This document shows, piece by piece, positions 63,667 through 64,000 of a DNA stretch of 64,000 nucleotides (positions are counted from its first letter, which is position 1; every line of letters starts with the position of its first letter). The notes under the pieces were generated by a model, which saw nothing but the letters and a program-made list of their open reading frames with translations, was not told the DNA's origin and made no database searches. This stretch comes from a bacterium (GTDB taxonomy: Bacteria; UBA8248): the NCBI GenBank assembly GCA_965199855.1, contig OZ241326.1:1568001-1632000 (forward strand), in the 5' to 3' direction. A program made the position numbers and the translations under genes.

Positions 63667-64000
63667 TCAGGCGGCGCCCTCCGCCTTCATGGCCCGGACT
63701 CCGGCGCGGAAGGCGGCGAGCGTCTCCTCTATCACGTCGTCCGTGTGGCAGGTTCCCACCAAGGCGCGCGCGCCGTTGAAGTCCACCCCGTGAAGAATGA
63801 GCGCCTGCCGCAGGGAGCGGCTCTTACGCGGATTCTTGGAATCGAGGCGCCGCCATTCGATTCCGCTCACGTCCTGATCCTCTCCGCCGCGCGGCGGAGC
63901 GTCGGCGTCGAAGAAAATTTTCCAGTCGCTGTATTCGCCATAAACCCGCCAGGCCACCGCCTCTTGCGCGAGAATCTCGTTCATCCCGCATCGAAGCTTC
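63667..64000 (-). CDS. C-terminal part of a probable class-III (GSA-like) aminotransferase, start outside the window
   Basis: WRVYGEYS, LILHGVD, HTDDVIEETLAAF resemble the HemL-like C-terminus. Confidence 0.55.
   Translation of the reverse strand, partial: KLRCGMNEILAQEAVAWRVYGEYSDWKIFFDADAPPRGGEDQDVSGIEWRRLDSKNPRKSRSLRQALILHGVDFNGARALVGTCHTDDVIEETLAAFRAGVRAMKAEGAA

Overview
High-GC bacterial chromosomal segment made up almost entirely of housekeeping operons. The gene order resembles deltaproteobacterial/Nitrospinota-type genomes (inferred from synteny only). Left to right: uppP(partial)-manC-yqaA-algC on the minus strand; plsC-dciA-TPR lipoprotein-LolB-like-ispE-prs-rplY-pth-hppA-rpsF-ssb-rpsR-rplI-dnaB-alr-mlaF-tgt-yajC-secD-secF on the plus strand; a long minus-strand block mreBCD-mrdA-rodA-[inverted sulfatase]-radical SAM-rng-cpoB-dprA-topA-trmFO-xerC-hslVU-argBDFG; then ppiD, an AbrB-domain gene, glgP, a cupin and thiD. 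The most interesting part is 55-64 kb. It holds (1) a sulfur-carrier cysteine operon (cysK, a CysO/MoaD protein ending GG-V, cysM, a JAMM protease, an Rrf2 regulator) behind a palindromic Rrf2-type operator; (2) an AhpD/CMD-family gene that the ORF track splits in two but that reads through an in-frame UGA as a CxxU selenoprotein with a SECIS-like hairpin, divergent from a nitroreductase; (3) tRNA-Glu(CTC), a DNA-repair-type radical SAM gene, a threonine-synthase-like gene and a partial aminotransferase. No CRISPR array, transposase or prophage was seen. All calls come from reading motifs by eye; no database searches were run.
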